From Blasia pusilla (lineage: Eukaryota): a stretch of DNA of 64,000 nt. The DNA lies in contig CM114271.1 in the NCBI GenBank assembly GCA_050084515.1, forward strand, positions 10,974,001-11,038,000, written 5' to 3'. Made by a program: the position numbers and the translations under genes. Positions within the stretch are counted from its first letter, which is position 1, and each line of letters starts with the position of its first letter. Positions 25,870 through 37,793 of this stretch are shown here, one piece after another. Below the pieces are notes generated by a model. It saw nothing but the letters and a program-made list of their open reading frames with translations, made no database searches and had not been told where the DNA came from.

Positions 25870-28800
25870 TTGATTGTGGTCAAAAGGGTTGGCATGCCAC
25901 GGGAATCCTTCCCCAAGTTTGTGAGTTTTTCCGCTTCCTATGCATACAAGGAAGTCGGGCCTAGCTTGGTTTGGGATGACCAGGTGCAACGGTAGGTGGA
26001 GCCAAACACTAATGAGCGAGATTGAGCGATGGGATTCCCAAGGAGTAACAACTGTATCGTCACTATTATAGGCATTACGACATCATGTCTTGGGTCAGAC
26101 AATTGACCTAAACCGAGACCTAAACTACTTGATATGGATCATCAACTTAGGAGTAGCTAAGCAACATCAGATGAGGTTGTGATAAGTCACATCTATTGCA
26201 TTGGTGAGCTCCATGTCTATCGAGACAACTGAGTCAATGGCTGGGGCGAGATCCGAGGAGATCGATATACGAGGGATGATCGGGAGAGACACCCTTGGAC
26301 TTCATGGGATGTTTTGCAGAGATGTCGAGAGATGATAGCCAAAACATCAAGCATGGTTCCGGGGTACTACACGTGGAGGAGATGAGATTTTGGAGTTGGT
26401 TGTAGGGGAGTAGTTGAGTTTTGTTGTCCGAGATGGCATTGCACCATAGCAACCACTGATACTCGCCCTTATAGTCCTACCGTAGTCAAGATGGAGACTT
26501 GGGAGTCAGAGATGGGCCCTAAGTCGACAGGAGGAGAGCAGCGTTGGATATATCAGTTCGTTAGGAAGTATAGGACTTGGTTTATATTTAGTATGCATGA
26601 TTTGGGTACAATGAAGGGTCCAGGGATCTGCATAGAGTTGTGTAGCGACACGCTGATCTTCTGATGACCCTACAAGTACAATTATATGGAGAGGGCTTTG
26701 ATTCAGAGCATGAGCCAAGATTTGGTTGGAGCACGACTAGTGGAGATGTCGCATGGAGAGTATGCATCTGCCATTTTCATGCCCGCCAAGAAGGATTTGC
26801 ATGGAAACTAGACGGATAGGCGGATGTGTAGAGACTACCGACCTATCAATCGGCACATAAAATCCGATAGGTATGCTATGGCCATTCCTTATGAGATCTT
26901 TGATGTAATTGGGCATGCAAAGATCTTTAGTTTATTGGGTCTTTGAGTCAGATACCATCAAATGCCTATCAGATTGGAGGACAAGGAGAAGACGGCATTT
27001 TGGGGCATCGATCCTCACGGGAAGGATTGTTTGTACCAGTGGCAATTCTTACCATTTGGATTAAAGAACAACCTATAAGAGTTTCAGAGGGTGATGGATA
27101 GGATATTGGCAGGTCTGAATTTTGCTAGGAGTTATATTGATGACATCATAGTCTTTAGCACTACGGTTGAGGAGCATGAGCGAAATCAAGAGGAGGTGTT
27201 TTGATGATTGTAGTTACATGGGCTAAAGCTACAACCACACAAGGTGCAAGTGCAAGTTCTTCTACGACCAGATTGAGTACTTGAGTCACACGATGTACCC
27301 AGGTGGCCTTGGTGTCCAGAAGATGAAGGTAGAGGCTATCTCACATATTCCATGCCCTACAACTGTGAGTCGAGTTCATGCATTCATGGGATTGGCGAAC
27401 TTCTATCGACGATATGTCGAGGGTTTCAGTTTGATTGCAAAGCCACTAACCTTACTGATCAAGGTTAAAGAACAACTCAAGGACATCAGTGACACTCAAT
27501 GGATGAGCGAGAGAGAGCATTTCACCTACTCAAGGACAGGTTGACATTTGCGCCCATAGTGAGAAGACCGATCAGGGGGCGTCCTTTTCAACTGCATAAA
27601 GATTGGAGCATGTTGGGGTTTGGAGCGGTGCTTATCTAACATGAAGATAAGGGTAGAGAGTTTGTGGTGGCTTATGCTAGTCGCTCGAACAATGTTGTAG
27701 AGGAAATGTATAGCTCGTATGAGGGTGAGTGCTTGGCTGCAATGTGGATTGTCGTGCATTTTAGGTGTTATTTCACGAGGCAAGGCCACCTGTCGCCTCC
27801 TGAACATTTTGGCCACTTTTTTTCGATAAGGAGGCGACATGTGGCCAAGATATTCAGAAGGATGAAGTAGTCTTCAAGAACCTACCTACTGGCAACGTCG
27901 TAAGCACAGTGGGTGCTCAAGGGCGAGATTCGACCTACAGCGAGCGAGATGTTTCCAGTGGGAGGGGACACATGTGTTGCAAGTTTGGGAGGATGGTAGA
28001 GCACGTGTAGTGCCTCATATTTTGCAGAGACCACGTTTGGTGTAGCATACCCACGAGGAGTTGGTTCACTTTGGAGTAGAGTGGATGCACACCTTGCTCC
28101 AGATACTGTATTGGTGGCGAGGCATGCAGACTAACGTTCATCATTTTTTTTCGAGATTCATGGTGTGTGATCGAGTCCGGGCATCATTCAATGCTCTATC
28201 TCCATAGTCGCATTCACTTCCGATCATGGATTAGGTTATAGATGAAGTTTGGATTTTGCAAGACCTTTATCTTTGACGGAGTGCCAGAGTCATGATGTGT
28301 TGGTTATGGTTGAGCACTTCTCAAAGTGGATAGAGTTGGTTGCATTTCCTGACAAAGCGAATGAGGAAGTAGCATATGCCTTCCTAGATCGAGTGTTGAG
28401 TTATTATGGCGCACGACCTGAGATGTTGATAGACTAGGGTACAGAGTATCCAAGGGAGTTTTAGGCCTTGTATGATCAAGCGCTGATTGACCACCTCATC
28501 ACTTCATGAGATCATCCTGAGGCGGATGGACTAGCGAAGAGGGTTGTGCAGCCCATGATGAAGAGATGTTTACGCACCTAGGAGATTGGGACCTCCAATT
28601 TCCGTGTTTGGCGATAGGGTACAGATTCAGTAGGTAAGTATCCTTTGCGAGTTTCTCACCGTATTTTTGGCTTTATCTCCAAGAGCAAGATTTACCTATG
28701 GCCATTAATCGAGATGCTAATGAGGTGTTGAACCTCGATGATCCTGATGTACGGATGCGAGCATGTTATGAAAGGACTGAGTTGTTTCGTAGAGTGACGC

Positions 28801-29255
28801 CCATGGCGTTTGAAAACTTGGCAATAGCATAGCATCGGGATACGTTGCAACTTCCAACTATTCGAGAAAGTGGTTATCGACCGACTATTCGGAGGTTTTA
28901 TGTGGGAGAATATGTCTACTTCCAATAAACGGCACCCACGACGTTGGATATGACTATAAGGCGCACTATCTTGAGAGTGCATGAGGTTTTGCCATCTGGT
29001 GTTCTCTTATTGGAGGGTTTGGAAGGACCATGTGCATAATTGTGCATCATGTCAACTTCCTAACACTGACAATACAATTGATCCGGGCTTAACGGTAGTT
29101 CGCGCAGGCTTGCGATGTATGTTGTGTGGTTCCGCATGTGGTGGAGCCACTATGGTAGTTTGTGATGGGTGTTCGAGAGAATGGCATGTCTGACGCCACC
29201 TCTCACTAGAGTTCCTCAGAGACGATGGATGTGTCGTAGATGTACATAGAATAGG
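25870..29255 (+). pseudogene. Remainder of gypsy copy A Pol: DNMT C-terminus, RT, RNase H, integrase, PHD finger (heavily decayed)
   Basis: AMGFP and HVLGQ motifs at about 26025-26100. RT DYRPIN, LPFGLKN and YIDD. RNase H VVAYASRSNN. Integrase DFARPL and VEHFSKWIE. PHD CMLCG..MVVCDGCSREWH..PPL..VP..RWMCRRC (about 29115-29245). Confidence 0.85.
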
Positions 29256-29586
29256 TAGTTATAGATTCCGACTTGTGTCTATGACATGGATGACAAGAAG
29301 GCGACTAACAATGGGGTCACATAAGCACCCGGTCTTTTTGCTCTTATCGTCCTTAAAATGTATGTCATCGTAGGTAAGGATAGATGAATCTCTTGAGTTA
29401 GAGGAACATAACCACTAACTATGAGAGAAATTGGAAATATTTTGGTATTTATCGTCTCGATGTTAGAATACCATGAAATGTGATATGTATGCACATTATA
29501 ATTTAATCACATGAATTTAAAAACACTTATTTATTTTTGAAGTTTTGTTGCACCTCTATTTTCAGTGAAAGCTCACGTGGAACTTA

Positions 29587-29680
29587 AACACACTTGGATG
29601 ATGAAGTGGTCCACATTTTATGAAAAAATCATGAACACACTTGGATGATGAAGTGATCCACATTTTATGAAAAAGTCATA
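29587..29680 (+). repeat. Tandem duplication of 47 bp
   Basis: AACACACTTGGATGATGAAGTG(G/A)TCCACATTTTATGAAAAA occurs twice in tandem. Confidence 0.8.
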
Positions 29681-31187
29681 TACTGGGGCAAAATGAAAAA
29701 TGCACATACCTTAGAAGGTTTATTCTTATTGATACAACCTAAAAGGATTCTTCTCATTGATTTGATGAGATTGACTTCTTCAATGATGACTAAGTTAATT
29801 CCAAGAAATGTTTCAATTTCTTGATGAAATAATACTCATTTTCCATCCTTTAATAAAATTATTAATTGATTTAATGAGCATAAATAAATATTACTTCTCA
29901 ATAATGCTACACAATTTTTTTCATGTTCATGAGCCTACTTACTTCAACGTTTCAAGTGAATCAAATGTATCCATCCTATTTCTTGAGCACATGTTTGACT
30001 TATCAACTATCTTCATTGAAAATTAGAAAACCAATCATCCTTGTGGCGGAAGCATGATTATATTAAAGGCACAAACAATGACCACAAAAAGAAAAATACC
30101 ACACAAAATTATGGGGTAATAAAATAAAATTCATGGGATAACTCTTTTTACACCCTTGCAATCTCCTAGTGTATATATGTGCTTACCTTCCTACTAATAT
30201 GTGTCATCCACTAATATGTGCCATCAACCTTAACAAAGTATTAAATCGTCTAATCTCCCTTTCTATATTGTCCCACATGTCGGATTCTTTAAATTTTGAT
30301 TGTTCCATTTCTGCACCAATTGTCTAATTCACTTAGACTACACATGAGGATTCAGTAAGATGGTACTCCTGCAGGCAGAACACCTGACGTTTTGGTTCAT
30401 TTCCCACCTCCAATCAAAACGTACCTTCGTCACTAGTACATATTTCAACCTGTTAAGTGTGAGCCTGGTTTACAACCTCCCGTGCTAGAGGAAATCTAGT
30501 CATCCAGCTGGTCACATGTCATTGCCTAGACTTTCTGACTTTGTCAAAGGTTTTGGACATGAGCTTTAAATTAGATAGACACTTAGGACTTTCAGTGTCA
30601 AGATTACGTCAATGGGTGCCATGAGCTTCCATTCCATAATTCAAGACAAACTACAGATAAGTAGCCAGGAAATGGATAACCACCATGACCTTCTAGTCCA
30701 TGAAACAAAAACTTAAAAGAATTAGTTGGCTTGTCTAAAATTATGTTGCGATTCCTTCACACCTTTACGACTACAGTTAAGCATATGTAGTTTAGTTAAA
30801 GACTATTGGACAAATTTGGTAGATATTGAAATACTCCACTAAAGAAAAGACAAACAAAGACACTTCCTGGACACAAACCACTTCCCATTTTGGTTACAGC
30901 TCCAAGTGTGCGCGATTTTGGACTTGATGGACACATACAAAGGACCGAATGAGTTTTGAACACCATGAAATCCTCAGCCAACTACTGATTCGGATTGCTA
31001 ATCCTGAGGCTTAACCCTCTCTAATTGTATACGACCACTCAGTATGTGGGAAACACACACTGCTTTGGGTTGACCAAACAAGTAATGGTGAAAAATGAAG
31101 GATTCTATCAAATAACCTTGAGGTAAGTTGACCACAATTGAAATTCAGTCACTCCGTGTTCTAAACTCTTCCGTCTCTGATGTCATC

Positions 31188-34100
31188 TCAAGCATTTCCT
31201 ATAATATCATGGATTTGGTCAGTAATCGCAAGGTCTTCAGATCTAACTGCCAGCTTCATTGCCACCTGCTTTTGTGTATCGATACCAAATTGCAGTCTGA
31301 CCAGCACTTGAGTTCCACCAATGAACTGCCCAGCCAATAAACATGTATGTGATCTGGCATTGCTAGGCACTGACTCTGTTCCCTGCAAAGATACATCACC
31401 AACACCACCTGAGAAAACCCACAGTATATTTCTCCAAAGACAGGATGAAGGCACTGTTGACGCCAAACTGACCATAGCTTTTCCAAATCCTCAGAAGGCA
31501 GGTTAAAAGAGACATATTTCTCTATCAATTCCTTGTGTCAAAGGCTCTCATTCACAAAAAAAATCTAAATTTGCTCGTATTGATTATAACATAAAAAGAA
31601 ATTTGGTCTTTGGAAAAGTAAGGTGACAATTCAGACATGTGCCTGCACAGAAATTGACCTCTTTACCCACATGCTTACCTCACAAGGTTGCATTCCAAGA
31701 ATGGTAGTTACTGCATGCACAGCTTCTTGTAAACTCTCCCTAACTCCAATGCTATACTCCTCAACCTTCTCAACTGCAGAGTCTATTGAATCCCATGCAC
31801 TTCTGAAGTTGGACAGTGGGGTCTTCAGTATATAGTCTGCTGCTGTGACCTGATGAGATCATGATCACAGTTAGCTGCTCGTGTTAATAGACAAGTTCCC
31901 ATTGCAGAAGCAGAATTTCCTCACATTGATGTGAAGTGTATATTGTATATTAATAGTTCACTCTTCGAGCACACCAAAAGCAATACAATTGATACTTAAT
32001 AAATTAGCTAGAAAACCAACACTATAGGCTGACCCTCATAAAATGCTGAGAACCAGGACGACTGTAAGGAATCATTATTCCACTAGAAATTTTAAGAAAC
32101 TATAAAAAAAACCTGAACACCTCACACACTGGACTAATGGGACAGGAAAAGACGGAATGCCAAAGCCACAGTAAAAGGATATGATTGATAAGTACCTCAA
32201 GTTCTTCAAGCTGATATTCATCCTCATAACCCTCATCCTCGGTATCACCTGTGTTTGGATCAACCTAGAAACCAACCAATATCATAACAAATTTTCACTG
32301 AGTGCATTAACTGGCCTCAATACTCCAAGATTTGAATAAAGAAGAAACCCCACTAATATATTGATTCTACAGTCGTACTCTCTTTTGTGGTTCCCACACT
32401 ACAGGTTAGAACTTCAAAACACAGCAATGAAAAGAGTCCAGGTACAACTGAAGCAAAGAGTATGTGAAAATCCTTGCATTTGGTTAGACAATGAGGTACA
32501 CTTCAAGTCACACTAGAGGTGTAGGACATTACCTCTTTCACTCGGAATTTGAGAGTGTTTGCAAACTTTCCAACTGACATCACATCCTCCGGCTTCTGGA
32601 AAGCTACAAATGCTTGTCCAGGTGCCCCATAGGGCATAGATGGGAGCATCTTTGAGGAAATCTGAACGAAATCCTCTGCCTCAGAATTATCTACCACTAC
32701 ACTCACCTGTTGCATTCAACCACAGACAACAGTGAGTATGTTCTTAACCCTAGTGACCTAGGATAATGGTCAGCATGGACCAATTGGGCAATAACAACTG
32801 TACCCACTAGAACTAGTGCAAGCAACAGCAGAATCCTTGAAGGAGACTATGTCCTATCTTTGAATACATTCAAATAACTTGCACAGAAAGTCCCACTGTT
32901 TGTTTGAAAGTTAGAACATATTACATCCTCCAAGAGCTGCTCCCTGATAGTGTTGGTGCAGTTGAACTGTAAGACCACATACTCGGGATAGATATGCTTC
33001 ACAGCATTTACAGCATATTCAGTTTCAGCTTCTGTGAGCTCAACAATGGGTGAGGACTGCGGCACAACCCACACAGGGAGTACATGAATCTTTGCTATGT
33101 TATGATCGCTCAAAACATACCTGCAACTCTTCATCCACACAAATTAGAGGGGCCCACTTCATGCTTTACTAAAAACTTGACACAAAAATTCAGTACAACT
33201 ATGTAACAGTGAGGTGATAAGTGTTTCAGAGACCAGATTTAGAAACCAATTCCCATTTAGTGCTCCACCAAAAACTTGATACACAAACTCAATACCACAA
33301 CATCACAGTGACATTATAGGTGTTTCAGGCACATAATCTACAAAAGACTCTAGGTGTTACCTTGAAGAGTTTACCAAAACCAGCAAACTCTGGGAAAGAG
33401 TTCAACAACTTCTCATATGCATCTGATGTACTGGAGGTAAGATGGCCATTTGCAGTAGTTTTCTGTCCTGCCTCCTTTGCAGCCTTCTTGCTTGCTTGAG
33501 TTTTCTTCTCAAGCATCGGTTGATGTTTCAATTCCTTCGAAACAGCTGAAATATCAAATGGCCTCTCACTTGCATCCTGAAATTGAGAGAACCACATCTC
33601 AGCCCTCACAAATGAAGTGTTGATTTAACACAAAAGAATTCTCTTGATCAAATTAAAACTCTCAATGCAACTGTGCAAAACATCAACAACTCAGGTTCTG
33701 ACTTACATAAGAAAGCAGGCTGGCTTCTATATTCACAAGAGGAACTTGTAAGCCCTCAAATAAGAACATCTTTGACAGACTATCATCCCCTCCTCCAGCA
33801 AGATAATTAAGATACAGAGTTGCTCGATCTCGCACCTTTAAGACCAAAGACATGAAGTAAGCATTGGGGTACATGATACAACATAGACTTGATATCAGCA
33901 AAGTCCTAAGCTGCCATGAGTAGCAAAAGCCTTTCTTAAAAGGTTAACACCTACTCAAAGTACTTCCACAACAAGGAACAATGCCCTCTAATCCTACGAT
34001 ATCTAGAAAATAGAGTGAGGTCAGATACAACAGTTTTGAGAGATGAGAGAGTCTAATAATCTCCAACTACTAATTTAGAAGACAGTCTGAGATAACACAC

Positions 34101-37100
34101 CTACAAAAATGCCTATAATAAGAAAAATAAGTACAAGTAAATTCAACCGAAATATCTATATCACCTCATCATCATTATCGTAAAGACATCTTTGAATCAG
34201 CACCAGAATACGAGGCTGCAAGAAAGAAAATTCCAGTCAATAACTCTCAACATCTGCTCACTTCCTGACATAGACATACATCCATGCATCTGAAAACTTA
34301 ACTTAAGAATAGAAATGTGGGTTGCAGTTAAGAAGCCACTGGGCACAAAACTTTTAGCAGGTGTCAATGTGGCCAAACTTCAGTAGACCACTCCATATTT
34401 CTTGTCCATTTAATCATGCCAAATTCCTGGAATATCTACCTGCAGTGATTCTACAGCAGCTCCAAACTTTGCCAGGGCACTGACTGCACTTGCACGGACA
34501 GTGGCATTTTCAAGTACAACACGGTTATAGATGTAGCGAATGTACTTGCTTGGGTCAGCGGTCTTTGGACCCTCATTACCAAGAAGATGTAAGATCTGAA
34601 GAACACATCCATAGAGTCAGTAGGACGGACTCTGTCGTGCAAAGAGGGACTACCAAGAGTCAAAGACTAAGCTTCAAACAAAGTTCAAGGGATAATAACA
34701 TATGCATGGATCCTAACAAGAAAATTATTTTCAAATTCCTTACATAAGATAACCCAAGCTGAGAATCAACCTTTATGAAAGGCAATGGCCACTTTGAGCG
34801 TTGTCCTATATTCTACAATTGCTTTGAACTCTGATGACAATCCATTCATATTTTTGATGCTTACAAGATCAAGTTGGTCGGAGTTCACAAAGAGAGATTG
34901 AACTCACCTGAGTTGAAAGGTATGTGAACTCACAGTCCTCAATAAACTCACAAAGATGGGACAAACCACTTTCTTTAGCCTCTGGAATCTCCCTTATGAG
35001 AATGAGTATAGAATCCACAATAGCTTTCTTGTAGTCAAACCCACCTTCTTCCCTCAAGATGTTACTCAAAAAATTCATCCTGTAATGTGATAAAGTAGAT
35101 TTATCAGTAGTGGTCAAATGTATTGGTCATGTGCCCGACAACCAATTACAATCACATCAAGAATACAGGATAAGAGTTCTTACAGGATTCGGTACTTCTG
35201 GGGGAACTTGAGGCACAAAGACCGGATAGCTTCTACCACAACAATCTTGAACTCATCCGCGATGTCCGACATAAAATTTGTAATTTGCTTCATAAGTCGA
35301 TCTACACTTGATTCATTGCCAGTTTTTAACAGCGTCGTGATAGCTAGGGTGGCAATACTGCGATTTTGATCAGAAATAAGGCTTTCCATATCAATGTTGC
35401 AGTTCATCACAGCATGAGGATGAGTCATGGCCACCTGCAAAGATGAGATTTCAGTTGTGAGAAAATATATCAGCACCATTTAACCTCCCCTGCAAGAAGG
35501 AAATTGAGGAACAAAGCTCAACCATAGCAGTACACATATAGAAGGAACACAAACTTGACAGCACAGTTTGCAACATCAAGGATACTTCAGAATACAGCAA
35601 TTATATGCAAGATATCATCCAAGCATGACGGATTGCAAAATGTGTTCATCGTGCCTTATTTAGGGTGCGAACAGCAGCAAAACGCATCACTGGCTTTGAT
35701 GAGCTTAAAAATAGCTGCAAGACTGTGATAGCAGGCGTAAGCTCACGACTTGTCACCCCACTCAGCTCAGTGATTGCTCTTGCAGCCTCAAATATCACCA
35801 TCTCCGCTTTGTGGCGAAGGCACCCTTCTAAATAGTCATAGAATGGTCTGTCACCGGATTGTGAATTGTTTGAAGACTCCTCAATAACCTGTACCTCGAA
35901 CATTTGGTATCAATAAGCTTGTAGTGGTTACAGCATACAAGATGTAAACCACCAAAGTCATTTACAGAAGCAAATCATCCCTTACCTGACTTGTATAACG
36001 GATAAGAAGACATTGGGCCAAAGGTGATCGTACAGTTCCCCGAGTGAGGCTTGTTACAAGTTTACTCACTGCCAGACGATCATTTTGCCTAATCTGCAAA
36101 TTCCAGGACAACCCTTCCCATATTAACGTTCACTTACTTCCAAAACAAATGGGATACAACCCACACAGTACATTTAGTGGAAAATTGAAGCAAGTAACGA
36201 GGTATGGCACCTGGTGCAGAAGAGCAAGGGCATGGAATTGCACAAGAGAAGCTTTTGACTGAACAGCTTCCTGGACCTCATTACTCCAGCGCTTCACAAT
36301 ATCTGGATTGCTCTGCAACCAAATTCAATCAAACCATCAACCAAATATGCAACTTGATAAGGTCATCAGTTGTTGCCAGCCTGTCTACATATTTAGTTTG
36401 AAGCAGACTCTGGAGGAAGATCTAGCACCTGAAGTAGGTGGAATCCACTAACAAGTGCCGCACTTGAAACAACTGGATTCTTGTCGACCACAGCCTGCTT
36501 AAGATACCGCTCAATCTGCCCTAAAAGGCCCCCATCCGTTATCCTACAGAGGACTCGGATAGCATTCGCTCGGTACAGGTCCGTCTTGCTGTTCATGTCC
36601 TTCATTAAGGAGCTGGTTACGATAATGACCTGCGATGTGAGACCCGACCTTAGTAGCGCTGGAGGAATAAGACAAACTACTAAGCCTCGGAGCTCTTCCC
36701 ATGACAAAGTACAGCCTTAACTATTCCTCTTACTTCATCAGCTGACGGTGAGATTTCTTTGATGATGAGATACACCATTCGCCTCAGACCAATGTCCTTA
36801 GACTGGAAAAGCTTGGTAACAGCAAAAAAGACTTCCGTCGCCTCCGTCTGCACTCGCACATTTCGTAAGAGATGAGGAAGATAGATGGCCCTCCACAGAA
36901 GCATCCATGAAAGTAATTGCGTGCGCGTCCTCGGCGAACATTACAACAGATCCACAGGCATTCATGCGAATCTTGGCTCACCTTCGTGAACGTCTCCCCC
37001 TGGTTGAGAAGGTACAGAAGCTTGGTGATGACCTGGATCGGATCAAGGCGTCCGTAGGAGGATTAGTACTAACTCATTTTAAGATATGCGCAAAACGGCC

Positions 37101-37793
37101 GAGGGAAATGTAGCCGTCTCATACAGGAAGGTTGTTTGATAGATCACAAACCTGAGCGCACCTCCTGGCATCGAGCTGAGGATCATTGAAAACGCGCGCT
37201 TCCTGAAGTACAGCTCCTTTCTCGATACCAAAGAAGGGAGAGTACTCGGCTGCAATGAATGGGGGACAACGACTTTTCAGAAACTGGATCTACCTTTTGC
37301 TAAAGATAATTGAATACTCTCAAACCTCTTCCCGACACCTTGCAGCCGACCCCGTTTATTCGCAATATTTCCACCACGTATTTACAACTTCCGCATTATT
37401 ACTTAGTATTCCATCAAATCAGTCATTCTGCAAATTCAACATTTGATGTCTACATACTCAAGCTTTACTTCTGCCAGCCTCACTCACCAAACGCCAGCCT
37501 AGTTTGTCTATCACATCATCTACTACTCAGTACGAGAAACGTTTCTTCATTCCAAATTTGTGATCAACTATTCGATTCGATCCAAGCGAACGCAGATCAC
37601 AAGAATTTCACCCAAGAAACATCAGATATCAACTCAGATCTGCTCCACGTCGCAATACAAAATCACAAACAGCATCGTCCGCAACGCTAAACTGCACCAA
37701 AGAGACGCCTCATGCAAGCGAACTGAAGGAAAAGCCAATACAATCATCCTCTCGATCGTCATCTTTCTTGCCGACCGGCTGTAGTTGCGCCAT
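31188..37793 (-). CDS. COPG: Coatomer subunit gamma (gamma-COP/SEC21), 19 exons, 891 aa
   Basis: Exons (minus strand): 37793-37742, 37249-37152, 37032-36982, 36847-36734, 36629-36429, 36312-36211, 36093-35986, 35888-35655, 35434-35184, 35079-34908, 34595-34440, 34215-34165, 33835-33707, 33576-33361, 33056-32925, 32706-32533, 32264-32196, 31849-31679, 31382-31188. Total 2676 nt with all phases consistent. Protein [40 protein letters not shown]..., [29 protein letters not shown]. Confidence 0.97.

Larger units (their letters stand above)
9400..29495 (+). mobile_element. DNMT-carrying Ty3/gypsy retrotransposon, copy A (5'-truncated, interrupted by copia 10137-25864)
   Basis: 9400-10136 joined to 25870-29495 is colinear with the reverse complement of copy B. 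Order is DNMT, RT, RNase H, integrase, PHD, then the start of the 3' LTR (TGTCAT at 29363). Confidence 0.85.

Noticed and set aside
29750-30030. Possible PIF1/Helitron helicase remnant on the minus strand (LVIIEEVNLI, Walker-B-like)
   Set aside because: Only one weak motif in AT-rich sequence with stops, and no Walker A found.
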